From the human T2T-CHM13v2.0 reference genome, Homo sapiens: a stretch of DNA of 64,000 nt. The notes under the pieces were generated by a model. That model worked only from the letters and a program-made list of their open reading frames with translations. It was not told where the DNA came from and made no database searches. Position 1 is the stretch's first letter. The number at the start of each line of letters is the position of its first letter. This document shows positions 50,970 to 64,000 of the stretch, one piece after another. The position numbers and the translations under genes were made by a program. The stretch covers positions 35,840,001 to 35,904,000 of the forward strand of contig CP068257.2 in assembly GCA_009914755.4 (NCBI GenBank). Direction: 5' to 3'.

Positions 50970-51845
50970 TGTTTTCCTTACTTTAAACCAGTTTTGACTT
51001 GCCCTTCTACCTGAAGTGAAATGTAGACTTATTATCAAGGCGTCGGTGCTTTCCAGGATCTGGTCCCCACCGAGGCCATTCTTTCTCCTCTTCACTCACC
51101 CTAGTCACACTAATTCATTTTTCACTTTGTGTAATATGCCACATTCTCTCTTACTTTTCTTACATTTCCTGTGCTCTCAGCCTGGAACACTCTTTTCCTC
51201 CTCCTTTTGTTTTGGTAACTACTATTTATGCTTCAGGTCTTAAGTATCACTACTCCCAGGGGCTCTCTCTAAATCTTTAGACCATCCGCCTGTCTTGTCT
51301 TCTTCCCTTTCTTTCTTCCAGATCTATTCCATACCGCAAACACATACAAGAGTAGCATAAGACACCGCGTTCTTCCCACCTGGATTTCACAGAGGTCAAG
51401 ATTTTGCTTCAAATCCTTTTTTGTTACTTAATTTTTGAGTGGTTGATATAGTCACATGGTTTTAAAAATAAGTAAATATAAAAGGGAATTCAGCGAAAGG
51501 TTTTCCTTCCTTCCATGCCTTCTAGCCCCTCAATTTCTAAACCAGTGTTATTAGTTTATTAGTTTTTTGTATACTTTTTGAGATATTTTATACATATTCA
51601 AGCAAATACAAATACATATTCTTCATCCACCCTTTGTACACAAATAGTACCATACCAGGCAAACGCTTTCAGAACATCTTGGTTTTTCTAGTCTTGACAT
51701 ATATTTTGGAGCACTTTCTGTATATCAGTAAATAGAGAGCTTTTTCATTCTTTTATTTATTTGCACAGTATCCCGTTGTTTAGATATTCCATAAGTCTTT
51801 TCACCATTCCCCTATTGTTTGTTTATTCATTTTTAAATTTATTTT

Positions 51846-52110
51846 TAGAGCTAGGGTCTTGCTCTTTAGCCCAGGCTGGAGTGCACTCGTGTCATCACAG
51901 CTCACTGCAGCCTTGAGCACCTGGGCTCAAGTGATCCTCCCACCCCAGCCTCCTGAGTAACTAGGCCTATGATTGTGTCCCAGCACACCCTGCAGTGAGG
52001 TCTCACTATGTTTCTCAGGCTGGTCTTGAACTCCTGGGCTGAAGTGATCCTCCCACCTCAGCCTTCCAAACTGCTGGGATTACCGATGTGAGCCGTCTTG
52101 GCCACCGGTC
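51846..52110 (-). mobile_element. Alu SINE (- orientation, internally deleted or diverged).
   Basis: tagagctagggtcttgctctttagcccaggctggagtgcactcgtgtcatcacagctcactgcagcc... Confidence 0.8.
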
Positions 52111-54209
52111 CCCTATTTATTAATGGACATTTAGTTCATTTCCAACCTTTTTTACTATTTACAAATGGTAGTTTAATAAATAACCCTGTACGGTAGTGTC
52201 CCTTCTTATCCACAGTTCCAGTTATTCAGTCAGTCACGGTCCAAAAATATAAAGTGGAAAATTTCAGAAGCAATTCGTAAGTTTTAAATTCTGTTATGAG
52301 TAGCACGATGAAATCTCATGCTGTCCCACCCTGGGCATGACTCATCCCTTCGTCTAGCATGTCCACACAGTAGATAAGTTACTTTGCTTTGTAGCCATCT
52401 AGATTATCAGATCAAAAAACATAGTATATAGAGGGTTTAGTCCTCTGCAGTTTCAGGCATCCAGTGGGGATCTTGGACTGTATCTCTTGTGGATAAGGAG
52501 GCACCACTGTACATGTCTCATTCACACATAGACATTTTATCTGTGATATAAATTCCTGAAAGCAGAATGACTGTTTCAAAGGGTAATGTGATTTATAATT
52601 TTGATAACTATTGCCAGATTGCCCCCCATGTGATTTTCTAATCCAGTAACTTGATTAACTTCATATAAAAACCATATAGTATTTTCTGAGAACTCACTGC
52701 CAGCTTTTCTACTGATTGTTTTCAGTAGTATCTCTTAAAAGTTTGGTTCTCAGACCACCTTTGTTGAATAAACCCTTAACAATTTGTGCCAGCCACTGGA
52801 TAGAGACTGAGCCTTTTGCCTTCCTAGAGCTTACAGTGACACAAGTAAATAAAATGAACATGAAGAAAAATGGCAAGTAGCATTAGCTGTTAAAAAGAAA
52901 ATAAGGATAATTTGGTAGAGAAAGACTGTTTGTTGGATAGGATGTATTAATTAGAATAGGCCAAACTCTGATATAACAGACCCCCAAAATATGGTAGCTT
53001 AAAGAGTACCAAGTTTCCTTCATTTTTGTGCAACAGTCCAGAATAGGTGTTCAGGTTAGTGGCTAGGCCGTCTTCCAGGTCCTGATCTCCTACCATCTTG
53101 TGGTTCCACCTTGCCCTAGGGCCTACTTGTCTACTGTGTCCAGCAGGCAGAAGGACTTGGGAGGTATTATCTTGTGTGCCAGGCTAGCAGTGACACAAGC
53201 TTTCATTCACATTCCATTGACAGCTTAGACATATGGCCATCAGTAAGTACAAGGGAGGCTGGGAAGTGTTGTGTAGCCATGTGCTCAGGAACGAGAAGAA
53301 TATTGTGCACAACCAGTAGCTTCTGCCACAGTTGTTGAGGCAGCATCAGCCAGAGTGGTCAGGGAAGGCTCTGGAACTGAAGCGATGAAAAAGAGACATC
53401 CAAGCAATAAGAAAATCCAAGAAATAACATTTCTAGGCAGAAGGGAGCAGCGTGTTACTAGTACACTGAGGCATTTGAGAGATTTTGACCCAGGGGAGGA
53501 ATGGAAGGCAGGTCTTCTTTGTTTGGAACTCAGGTAGCCAGGGATAGGATGGGTGGAGAAAGAGGTTAGAGAAGTGGGCATTGGCCAGATGATGCAGATC
53601 GTTGTATCCATTTGGGTTTATTTTGTTTTTCTAAGTGCAGTGAGAAGTCATTAAAGGATTTTAAATAGGGAAGTGATTGGATTTGTGTTAAGAAAAGATT
53701 GTTCCTGCTACCCTTTGGAGAAGGGCAAGGATGGAAACAAGGAGTTCATTTAAGGGGCTGTTGTGTTAGCGTAGGCAAGAGATGATGGGGATGAAGAGAA
53801 GAGGCCAAATTTGGAATCTGTTTCACAGGTAGACTCATAAGTTCTTGCTCATGGGTTGGACAGAGGCATTGTTGAGCAGCTAGGTAGATAGTAGTCCTTT
53901 ATTGAAAGAAGAAAGATGGAGAGAGGAAGGACATGAGGGAAAAGTAAAGACTTCCTTTTGGACCTGCCCAGAATACTGTCCAGCCCTTTTCAGGAAATAT
54001 TTGCTGACCCCTGGCATAAACAGGGCTCCCAAGGAAGGACAGTGGCTAGTGAAATAGATGAACCTATTTAAGGATATAACTTCCTAAAAATTGCAGCTTT
54101 CATGATGAAATTTTTTGCCCTTGAATGTATTTGGGATTTTGTGTTATAAAACTGTCTTAACACATTAAAAGTTTCAAAAACCGTTTCCCCCTGATTAATA
54201 TGATGCTAG

Positions 54210-54914
<705 letters not shown>

Positions 54915-57119
54915 CTACATTGAAACTTGAGTTTGTTTCTTGTGTGTTTTTATAGAAGTGGTGTTTTTTTTCCAAAAACAAAGTGCAAAGCTGCTTGAAT
55001 CAGGAGGAGATTAACACACTGAACCGCTACAAGAGGGCAAAGCTGATTTTTTTTTTAACTTGAAAAGATTGCAAAGGGACATTGAAGTGTTTAAAAGAGC
55101 CATGTCCAAACCCATCTTCATGGATAGCTCAGAGGTATCCTCTTTTTGCTCCCCCATTTTAACTTGCCACATCCCAGTCACAGTGGGGTTTTTTTGTCTT
55201 TCTATTCAGCAAAAGTTAATATTCAGATGTTGGTCTTGGTCATTTGCCAACTAATTTTAAAGTAAAAGGCACTGCACATAATTTGCATAAAGGGCCCCAT
55301 GAGGGTGTTTTTTTTTTCTTTTTGTCCCCCCCATCCCCCTTTTTTTTTGTTTTGTTCTGTTTTGTTTTGGGTGGGAGGGTGGGAAATTTGGGTTTTTAAG
55401 TCCTCTAAACACACTTGGGCACGGAAATGCAGTACTGTAAGGAAGAGGGACCTCCAGCTTCCACAAACACCATCTTCAGCTGTATGAAAGGGACGGTTGT
55501 GGTGAAGTTTGTCAGGCACAGTAAGCATGCTGAGTGGCGGGGATCAGAACTCTCCTATCTGAACCTACTGAGGAGCAAAGCAGTAATTACATGGGATCCT
55601 GTGGCTCTCCCGTTGCAGAGGCCACAGGAAGATAGGATGGAACGTGACTGGTCTCCTAACCAAGGTGCACTGAGAAGCAATCAACGGGTCGGTCGTGGCC
55701 AGTCCTGGGGAGGTCTGAGTGGTGGTCTTTGGGATAACCTTTGGCCTTATGGATTTGGACTCGAAATTAGAAGAGCCTACCATTTCAGATGCAATCACTT
55801 TTGGACATGCTTTTGCAGACAGTCCTTAATGCTGAAAACACAGAGAATGGGTAATTCAAGAGGCCTTTCTTTTAAAATAGACTTTTGTGACCCACTAATT
55901 GTAAGGTATTGCAAGGTCACTTTGCGTGTGTCATAAAGTTGACTTCCTTATTGGTTGAAGGTCACAGAAGTAGTGGTTTGCTTTGATGGAAATAGCTACA
56001 GCTGTGTCCCTTCCTGCTTTTTACTTTTTCTTTTGCTTTTTCTCGGCACGTGGTATCTCCACCATTTCTTCTGCACAAAGATGTCTTCTGTTCATCCTGA
56101 ACATTTTTAAAAAATGCAGAATTTTATGTGACTGCTTTTTTGCCTCACAATTATGCTGTGAATTTTACAAAAATTTATTTTCTTTTTTGATAATTTATTG
56201 TACCAAAGCTGTTTTTATAGCACATAGATGTCTGTAACCAATAATGTAGCAGTTCTGCACTTTGACACAAGGTGTAACTAGACCATTTTTAAATGTCAGT
56301 TGAAAATTATGGCTGTACTATTGCTTAAACAAAACTGGAACTGTTGTTGAATCCATAGCCAATACATTTACAGCAATCTGTGTACTGAACATAGTAGATT
56401 GACATCTAATTCAAGATTACAACATCTGTTACATTCTAAGTGTGTTCAGGCTTCTGAAGGTAAAGGGACACTGGATCCAGAAGCTATGGAACCAGCAGTT
56501 GATTCTTGTATTCCTGATTAACCTACTTGTAAACTTGAAAGCAAGACCTTGATTGCACCAACAGGTCCAGAGTATGAGTGCAAGCAAAGCAGAACTCTCA
56601 TGCGTGACCTGAGCAGACAGGCTGGTATTTAACAGGTGCCTCGTGTTGAGATTACGCTGCCTTAATGTAACACAGTCTGGCAGTTGCTAAATTTGTGTTC
56701 CCATTTTAAATTGACCAATTTTGGGGTGTGACACTTTTGAGCGGTTGAATTGGGAGAATGAAGATAAGTAATTTACCTGTCCAGGATCAAAAGAAGCCTA
56801 GAAAAGAAGCAGTAATCTACCTCTGCCGATAACCTGTTTAAGATGACTCAGCAGAACACCGCGTTTCATTCTATTGGTCAATTCCATGTGGCTGACTAGG
56901 TCAATTTTTTTTCTGAACAAAAGCAGGTTTTTATATGTAAACAGTGAGAAAAGAAAGGCTAAACACTATGTAAATGTGAATGGAAACTTGGAAATACTCG
57001 TTTTTATAAACTACAAAAACTTTTTGTTGTTTATCAGGAAATCCATATTTATTTTGTAATTAACTGTCAAGCCTGTGGATGATTTTTTTGAACTTGGTAG
57101 TTCATAAAGGTTTACAGTG

Positions 57120-57125
57120 AATAAA
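57120..57125 (+). terminator. Canonical AATAAA hexamer, candidate proximal polyadenylation signal.
   Basis: Hexamer read from sequence. Usage is unverified. Confidence 0.25.
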
Positions 57126-57629
57126 AGGATATCATCTTGAGTATAGCAATATCAAAAGGAATTCAGTAGTTACTGCTGTTTAGGAATATAAGGTTAAGAT
57201 ATCATATGGGTCAGGTCATTTTTTTTTTCTGTGCTGGTTGCCACATCTTAGCAAGCACCAAAAAACTAAAGCAGTTTTTAAACCGATATTTACGTAAAGA
57301 AAATCATAAAATCCAATGCTTCTGCATACTGTGTTATGTTACAGTCCAGTTTTGTGTGCTTTACTACACAGTTTGGTTACAGGACTTCTGTGCATTGTAA
57401 ACATAAACAGCATGGAAAAGGTTAAATACCTGTGTTCAGATTGTAAGATCTAGTCCGGACTTGCTGTGTATATTGTAACGTTAAATGAAAAAAGAACCCC
57501 CCTTTGTATTATAGTCATGCGGTCTTATGTATGATAAACAGTTGAATAATTTGTCCTCAGACTCTTTACTATGCTTTTTTAAAAATTAATTTAAGAAAAA
57601 TGTAAACATAGTAAAAATCTTCCTATGCA

Positions 57630-57635
57630 ATTAAA
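57630..57635 (+). terminator. ATTAAA variant polyadenylation hexamer, candidate distal signal.
   Basis: Hexamer read from sequence, followed by a GT-rich stretch (ggtccaggtctggtaggt). Confidence 0.25.
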
Positions 57636-60287
57636 CTGGTCCAGGTCTGGTAGGTATAGTATCAAAGTTGAGTTAAATGTGTAAAAAGGAAACTATTTGA
57701 GATACATTGACATAGGCATCAGCAATCTCTGAAAGTAAAAATTGGAGGTTTAACAGATCATTTTGATTTTTCACATTGATTTTTTTATTTGAATGTTTAC
57801 ATAATTTTGTGATTCAAAATGCTCATATTTTAGTTGGTAGCATTTCGACTGGATGTGAGGGTCTGATGGTTTTCTCTGATATGCTTTGACGTGCTTGGAT
57901 GAAGGAAGGAATACGAATACTCATTCTTCCTTCCCTAACTCCTCGTACGGGGCCATATCAGAATTCTAGAATTCTTGCCACTGTGATTCAATTGCTAACC
58001 TAAAGTCTTCTCTTTTTACAAATTCACCTGCTTCAGTATATATTAAGGTGGCTTTCGAGAGGCAAGATGCTTATTTAAAAGTTAAGCGTGAATCTGTAAA
58101 ATTAAGGTTGGTTGCGTAAAGTTGAAGTTAACCACATGTAAGAAAGGAAAACTTCCATTAGTTTTCTTCTTAGGGTGTGAGAATTTTACCTAGGCACATG
58201 GATATTGGGCTGAAAAAAAAAAACCGACATTTTTATTTAAAACTACATGTAAAAAATCATGAAGGATTCAGTAATTATGTTAGGCTCACAAGTGACCATT
58301 GAGTTTGCCCCTGTACTGCTTCCCAGCTTTTGTGGTGTTGAACTTTTCTGTTCTTCCAATAGGGAGATACATAATCAAAATACACACGAAGACGAGATAG
58401 CAGGCACTCAGTTCTAGGCCAGTTTCTCAGTTTCCTTTGGGCCTGCCTTTATTTTGATAGTCGCAGAATGCAGGTTCAGATGCGATCCGGTGCATTCTGG
58501 GTGGTATCCCCATAGACAGAATACAAGTTCAAGACTCATTTTTATGTCCATTTTTATAGTGGTAGACTGTATGTAATAGACCAGATGGTTCATTCCAAAT
58601 ACATGACTTGGTCTTACTGCTATATATGAAGGAAGTTTGAAAATGTAATGGGGACAAAAGCCGTGCGTGACTTCGGTATACCCAGACTTCATTCAGATTT
58701 CTTAAAAATCTGCTAGGGATGTCTGTTGACCAGACGTTGGAAAACCTTTGGTGTCAGGGAGAGTAGAGGAGAAGTTCTGATTTTCATAACCCTGGTTTCT
58801 TATCTAGGCCTGTTTCCTTGCGTGAAAACATACATCACCAAGTAATTTGTAGTACAAAGAACAAGAGAAGAAACCCTAAGAAGATAGCTTATTTGTTATC
58901 CTCCCTTTTAATGACTAACCTTAATCCAAATGAATCCACTGAGAACCAGCCTGTGGATGCCTACTGGGCTTTCACCCTGGACCAGGAATTTTTGACGTAT
59001 GCCTGTGTTGAAGGCACTGGATGCTTGTTTTGTGGAAGACATGTTCATTGAGGTAAGTGGCTCATCGCTTGGTGTGTTTGGCTCTCTTTGGCATTATGCA
59101 TAGCCAAGGTCCCAGATTTTGGCTGCTCTCAGTGGGTGTTCTTGCATCAGAACTTTAAAAAAAATAACACTACCTTAACACTGAGACTGTCAGGTATTTG
59201 TCAGTATTTATTTCTAATTTCCTACTTTAAATCTTAGGAGACAAAGTGTTTCTCCAACTGGACGCTGATTTGAAACACAACTAGAATGCTACAGGTCTCT
59301 CTTCCAGTATGCAGCTGCTGTACCTGAAAATTTTTCCCCATAATTTCCCATCTTTAGGGTATGTCCCTGTTATCAGGTGTGGAATTAATGTGGGTAAATT
59401 TCCATTTCAGTTGAATTTCCTGTCATCCCCAGCAAAACCTGTGAATCCTTCTTCAAAGCATAGAGGAGGCAGAGACAAGTCTTAAACCGGCTTCCCTTCG
59501 CTTTTACCAGGTAGCCTGGTTCAGTCCCAGCTGGGTCCTGAAGGAGCACAGTACTAGAGCCTGAGTCATGTTGACTATTAATAAAGTGCATTAAGTTTGG
59601 GTCAGGCAAAGTGGTGGCAAAAGTTCATGATGCAGGACAGAGGAAACAAGTGGACAAGACAAGTGGAGCCCAGCTCTGTTCGCATGGGAGGCCGGGCGAT
59701 GCTGGCATGGGTGTGGTTGGCCGAGTTCTCATAGCTAGAGAAAGGCCGTGTAGGTATAAGTGCTTAATGTTTCATCTGTCTGAAAGACCAGCTATTTGAT
59801 AATCTTCCCGATTAAATTTCTAAAATTGCTACTTTGGGAATTTTTTTCTTTATTCTTGTAAAGTTTTGCTTCCATTATATACTCATTCATTAGTCAGTGT
59901 ACTTGCCCCTGAATTCCATATCTGAAACTGCAGTCACGGGAGATTCAGAGCCAAGGGCAAAATAAAGTGGCAGGCACTGGGTGTGTGTGGTAGTTCTGCA
60001 CTAGGGTGGCCAGGAAGCAGCCAAGCAGGTGTGCCGGGCAGGGAGTTGTTAATGAACACCCAGGCAAGAGGACGGGCCTGAGCCTGAGTGTGGCCAGCAG
60101 AAAGTGTTGAGTTGCTTAAAAGAGACCCTGGGAGGATGAATTTGGAATCATCATCCACTCACTGTTGGACAGAAAGACTGCAGAGAAGGGCACTGCTGGG
60201 GTGGGGTTTGTTAACTCCCTCTGAAATGAAAGAAAATACCTCTAGTGGCATGAAACGGCTAAGTTTTTTTTAATGTTACTTCTTTAA

Positions 60288-60525
60288 TTTTAGAGACGGT
60301 GTCTGGCTTTGTCACGCAAGCTGGAGTTTGGTGGTGTGATTGCAGCTCACTGCAGCCTTAAACAACTGGGCTAGGTGATCCTCCCATCTCAGCCTCCCAA
60401 GTAGCTGGGACTACCTGTGCACACCACCATGCCTGGCTGTTTTTAATACGGGGTTTTGCTGAGTTGCTCAGGCGCTCCTCAAACTGCTGGCCTCAAGTGA
60501 TCCTCCAGCCTGGGCCTCTCAAACA
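60288..60525 (-). mobile_element. Alu SINE (- orientation, rearranged), followed at 60531-60558 by a 28-bp 5' fragment of a + strand Alu (ggctgggcgtggtggctcacgtctgtaa).
   Basis: tagagacggtgtctggctttgtcacgcaagctggagtttggtggtgtgattgcagctcactgcagcc... Confidence 0.7.
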
Positions 60526-60986
60526 TAAATAGGCTGGGCGTGGTGGCTCACGTCTGTAAAGATTTAAAGCGGAAAAGCGGAATGCAGTGAAATAGCATGA
60601 GAAAGAGCGTTTTTATGTACATCACAGACAAGCCTTGTTCTGCTGAAGAGGTGATGCCACGAGGTGGGGAGGAGCTCACTTCAGGCACCACTCCCACTTC
60701 CATTGCCCGCAAATCCAGGAAAGAAATGACTAATGAACTCTAGTGATCGCAAACTGCTCAATCGGTACTCATCAATTTAAAATGACTGTCCAGCCTTGCT
60801 GCACACTAAACTCATCTGTAGAACTTTATAAAACCACGGATGACCATCACACTAGCAGGATTTTAGATTCAGAGTTGGGGTGGGGCCTGGAGCTCTGTTT
60901 TCTGAAACTTTGCGGGCCATTCTGAACCTGCAGCCAGGCAGGACTCTGGCAAGAAGAGGCGTGTGGCTAATATGACGGAAGTCTGA

Positions 60987-61352
<366 letters not shown>

Positions 61353-62041
61353 TAAAATTTTCAATTTATGGTGCATTACAAAATGTTATAAACAAGCCTC
61401 CGGGAAAGGCAGAAATTGCCAGATGTAAGTATATAAAACTTACACAGTTTGTTCCTTTTTGTTGTCTTCCCTTGTGGAGATGGGTCAGTGTAACATCCTA
61501 TTCATTAATAGCTCTCAGATGTCCCATGAGAATGGCACATGTTATTTCCCAACAGTGGGAATGGAATTAGTTCCTTTATATCTCAGTCTCATCTGGTCTT
61601 GTAAGCCGGTGAAGGGTTTCCCAGGGCACCAGCCACCAGCTCTGTATAGTAGTTACAGTTTCCCTCTCTAGAATCCCAAAGAGGTTCAGATCCCACTGCT
61701 CCTCTCATTGGCTTCGTGACCCTGGGTACGCTGCTCAACTTGCGCAAGGATTACTGTCCGCTTTGTACAATGGAGATACCTATAGTGTCCACTTAGGAGA
61801 TGCTGTGCATGCCTCAGTGAGGTAATGTCCGCAGAAAGCACAATGCCTAGTATGTAGAAAGTGTCCGATAAATATAATATGCGGCTAAACAGCGGAGTCC
61901 ACAGCCTGAATGGAACTTCTTTTTCTACGTAAATACAGCAAACAATGCAGGGAAATGAGGTGGACAGTGTTCTCCGTGGAGGGCTAAACAGCATTGCTTT
62001 CCAGCTGACTTTTATTTTTGGAGTCTGGGACTAGGTGTTAA

Positions 62042-62410
<369 letters not shown>

Positions 62411-64000
62411 GGAGTTTTTCGGTAGTTTGCTTTGCCTTGATAAACTATATGATATTTAAATGTTTTATAAGGATGGGTTTTCAGTAGAATTTCTCTGTAC
62501 AACCTCAGGGAGACTGCCTGGAGGAATAACTGTGGTAAGGGTCTGTTTTTGAACAGGCATGGTCATTAGACCCTTGTGATCACGCATCCAGGGGCCAGTC
62601 CCCACCCTTTGCTCCCACTCCAAGGAAAGTCTGTTACATTTTTAGCCTTCAGAGGTTTGATGTAGATAGGAAGAGATGAGGGTGACAGAAATCAGCTCTT
62701 AAGTTTATAAATAAAACAGGGATATTATCGGGGAAGCTTTTGAAATGTAATAGGTTGTAACCCACATTTTGAAAGCAGTAAGGAAATAATTGCTGCTTTT
62801 TTCTTCTTCTTTATTCTGTTGACTTTGTTGATAATATTAGGTGACTACATCGAGCCTGGGTTCTCTCAGTATTAGCCTGTTATTCCTAAAGTATCATCCT
62901 CTCCTTGTATCAAATATAAGGACAAAAATGTCTTAGGATAAAAGTCTGTTTGTTTGCATTAGACTATACATGATTTGCATTACAATGGGCCGTGGATTTG
63001 GATGGATGATGAAGCTGAAACAAGGGACCTAATCATGGGATTTAACTGTTCACTTCAGGTAGATAAGATATTTCTGGGAGAAGTAAATTGGATGAGCTTT
63101 TGTGCTTCCCAGCAGCTCCAGGTCTTGTCCCTGGCCAGTCTGGGCAGCTCTGCGCTCAGAGGCCTTTGGCACGATGGGTCCTCCCAGCAGGGGCTCCAGC
63201 GCTCACCGCTGGGTGAGATCTACAGGGCTCAGTGCGCTTGGAGTCCTGGATTCCTCCAGGACTGCTACTGTATTCCAATTGAGTGGTGGTTTGCTCTTCA
63301 CAGAGCGCTTACATGGGATTTTTACCTTCTGACTGGAGTGTCACCCTCGCCCAGGAATGTGGGTGCTGGAGAGACGGGCTACCTCTTTCTGTAGGCGGAT
63401 GTTTCTGAAGGCATCTCCCACTGATTATGTAATGACAGCTACTTAACATCTTCTGTAGTCTTGAAGAATTCAGATGAGGAGCTTGTCCAGGGAGGGCTCC
63501 CACGTGCGTATTCACTAATTGTGGTCTTTCTCCCCAGCTCGGTTTTGTTTGCGTATTAGAGTTCTGACCATCTTCACTAGAAGTGGGGGCGGCTAGCAGT
63601 GACTAGATGCAAGAAGCAAAACGGTAAATTTCCTTTTACTGGCAAAATTAAAACAGTGAACTTGAAATATCTCCCCTACTCCCTGCAGAGACACTCTGAA
63701 TCAAAGAAAACAATCAGTACTAACCCTGGAAACAATTTAAAAATGAACAAAAAGTCCTACCCTGAAGAAGAAGAATGTCTTACCAGCAAACGGTCTTGGG
63801 ACAGCTGGTGTGAGAACTATATAAGAGAAATCAACAAATATTAATTGAACACCAGTCATGTGCAAAGCACTTAGCTAGGTCTTAGGGATGAGGACAAAAA
63901 GCATGTCACATTTTGTTGTTATAAGTGGGAAAGATAAGTAATTACAAGTAAGCCCAGTGTTTTTAAAAGAGTGTGAACAGAGACCTTATTCTAATCCAGA

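Larger units (their letters stand above)
54915..57650 (+). other. DYRK1A: DYRK1A 3'UTR (the last exon continues). The end is uncertain; candidate poly(A) signals are AATAAA at 57120-57125 and ATTAAA at 57630-57635.
   Basis: Contiguous with the terminal coding exon. Unique, non-repeat sequence with AU-rich stretches. The true 3' end cannot be fixed without transcript data. Confidence 0.45.

Noticed and set aside
55415-55936. A 173-aa ORF on the + strand in the DYRK1A 3'UTR
   Set aside because: It lies entirely within the 3'UTR, with no recognisable domain or codon periodicity signal I can assess. It is most likely a chance ORF in unique UTR sequence.
62975-63394. A 139-aa ORF on the + strand in the downstream flank
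   Set aside because: It has no splice context, no domain and no recognisable homology. In a mammalian genome a 420-nt open frame in GC-moderate sequence is expected by chance.

Overview
This window is human (primate) nuclear DNA, not a prokaryotic locus. It covers most of the DYRK1A gene (dual-specificity tyrosine-phosphorylation-regulated kinase 1A, chr21q22.13) on the + strand. I can place 11 consecutive coding exons with GT/AG boundaries whose joined translation reproduces DYRK1A residues 4-763 ([11 protein letters not shown] ... QQSPVASS*), followed by a long 3'UTR. The exon holding the ATG (ATG CAT ACA G) is not in the window and must lie upstream of position 1. Everything else is intron or downstream flank, filled with typical primate repeats: at least 20 Alu SINEs, three old L1 fragments (two antisense, one sense) that carry later Alu insertions, a MaLR (THE1/MST-like) LTR, a MADE1 mariner MITE, MIR fragments, a roughly 1 kb LTR-like element, a hAT-like DNA-transposon remnant, three (GT)n microsatellites and a (GTTTT)n repeat. 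There are no operons, rRNA or tRNA genes, or CRISPR arrays. Nearly all ORFs in the six-frame track are translations of Alu, L1 or intron sequence. I found no undescribed system. The points worth a second look are splice-isoform signatures readable from the sequence (a 27-nt alternative acceptor; a 125-nt exon whose skipping or donor read-through gives 529- and 584-codon products), the His13 tract, a nested Alu-in-Alu, a MITE hairpin 69 bp from a splice donor, and a 31-bp direct repeat flanking the alternatively spliced exon. The gene identification and Alu calls are secure (sequence seen plus established knowledge); repeat subfamily assignments and the 3'UTR end are approximate.
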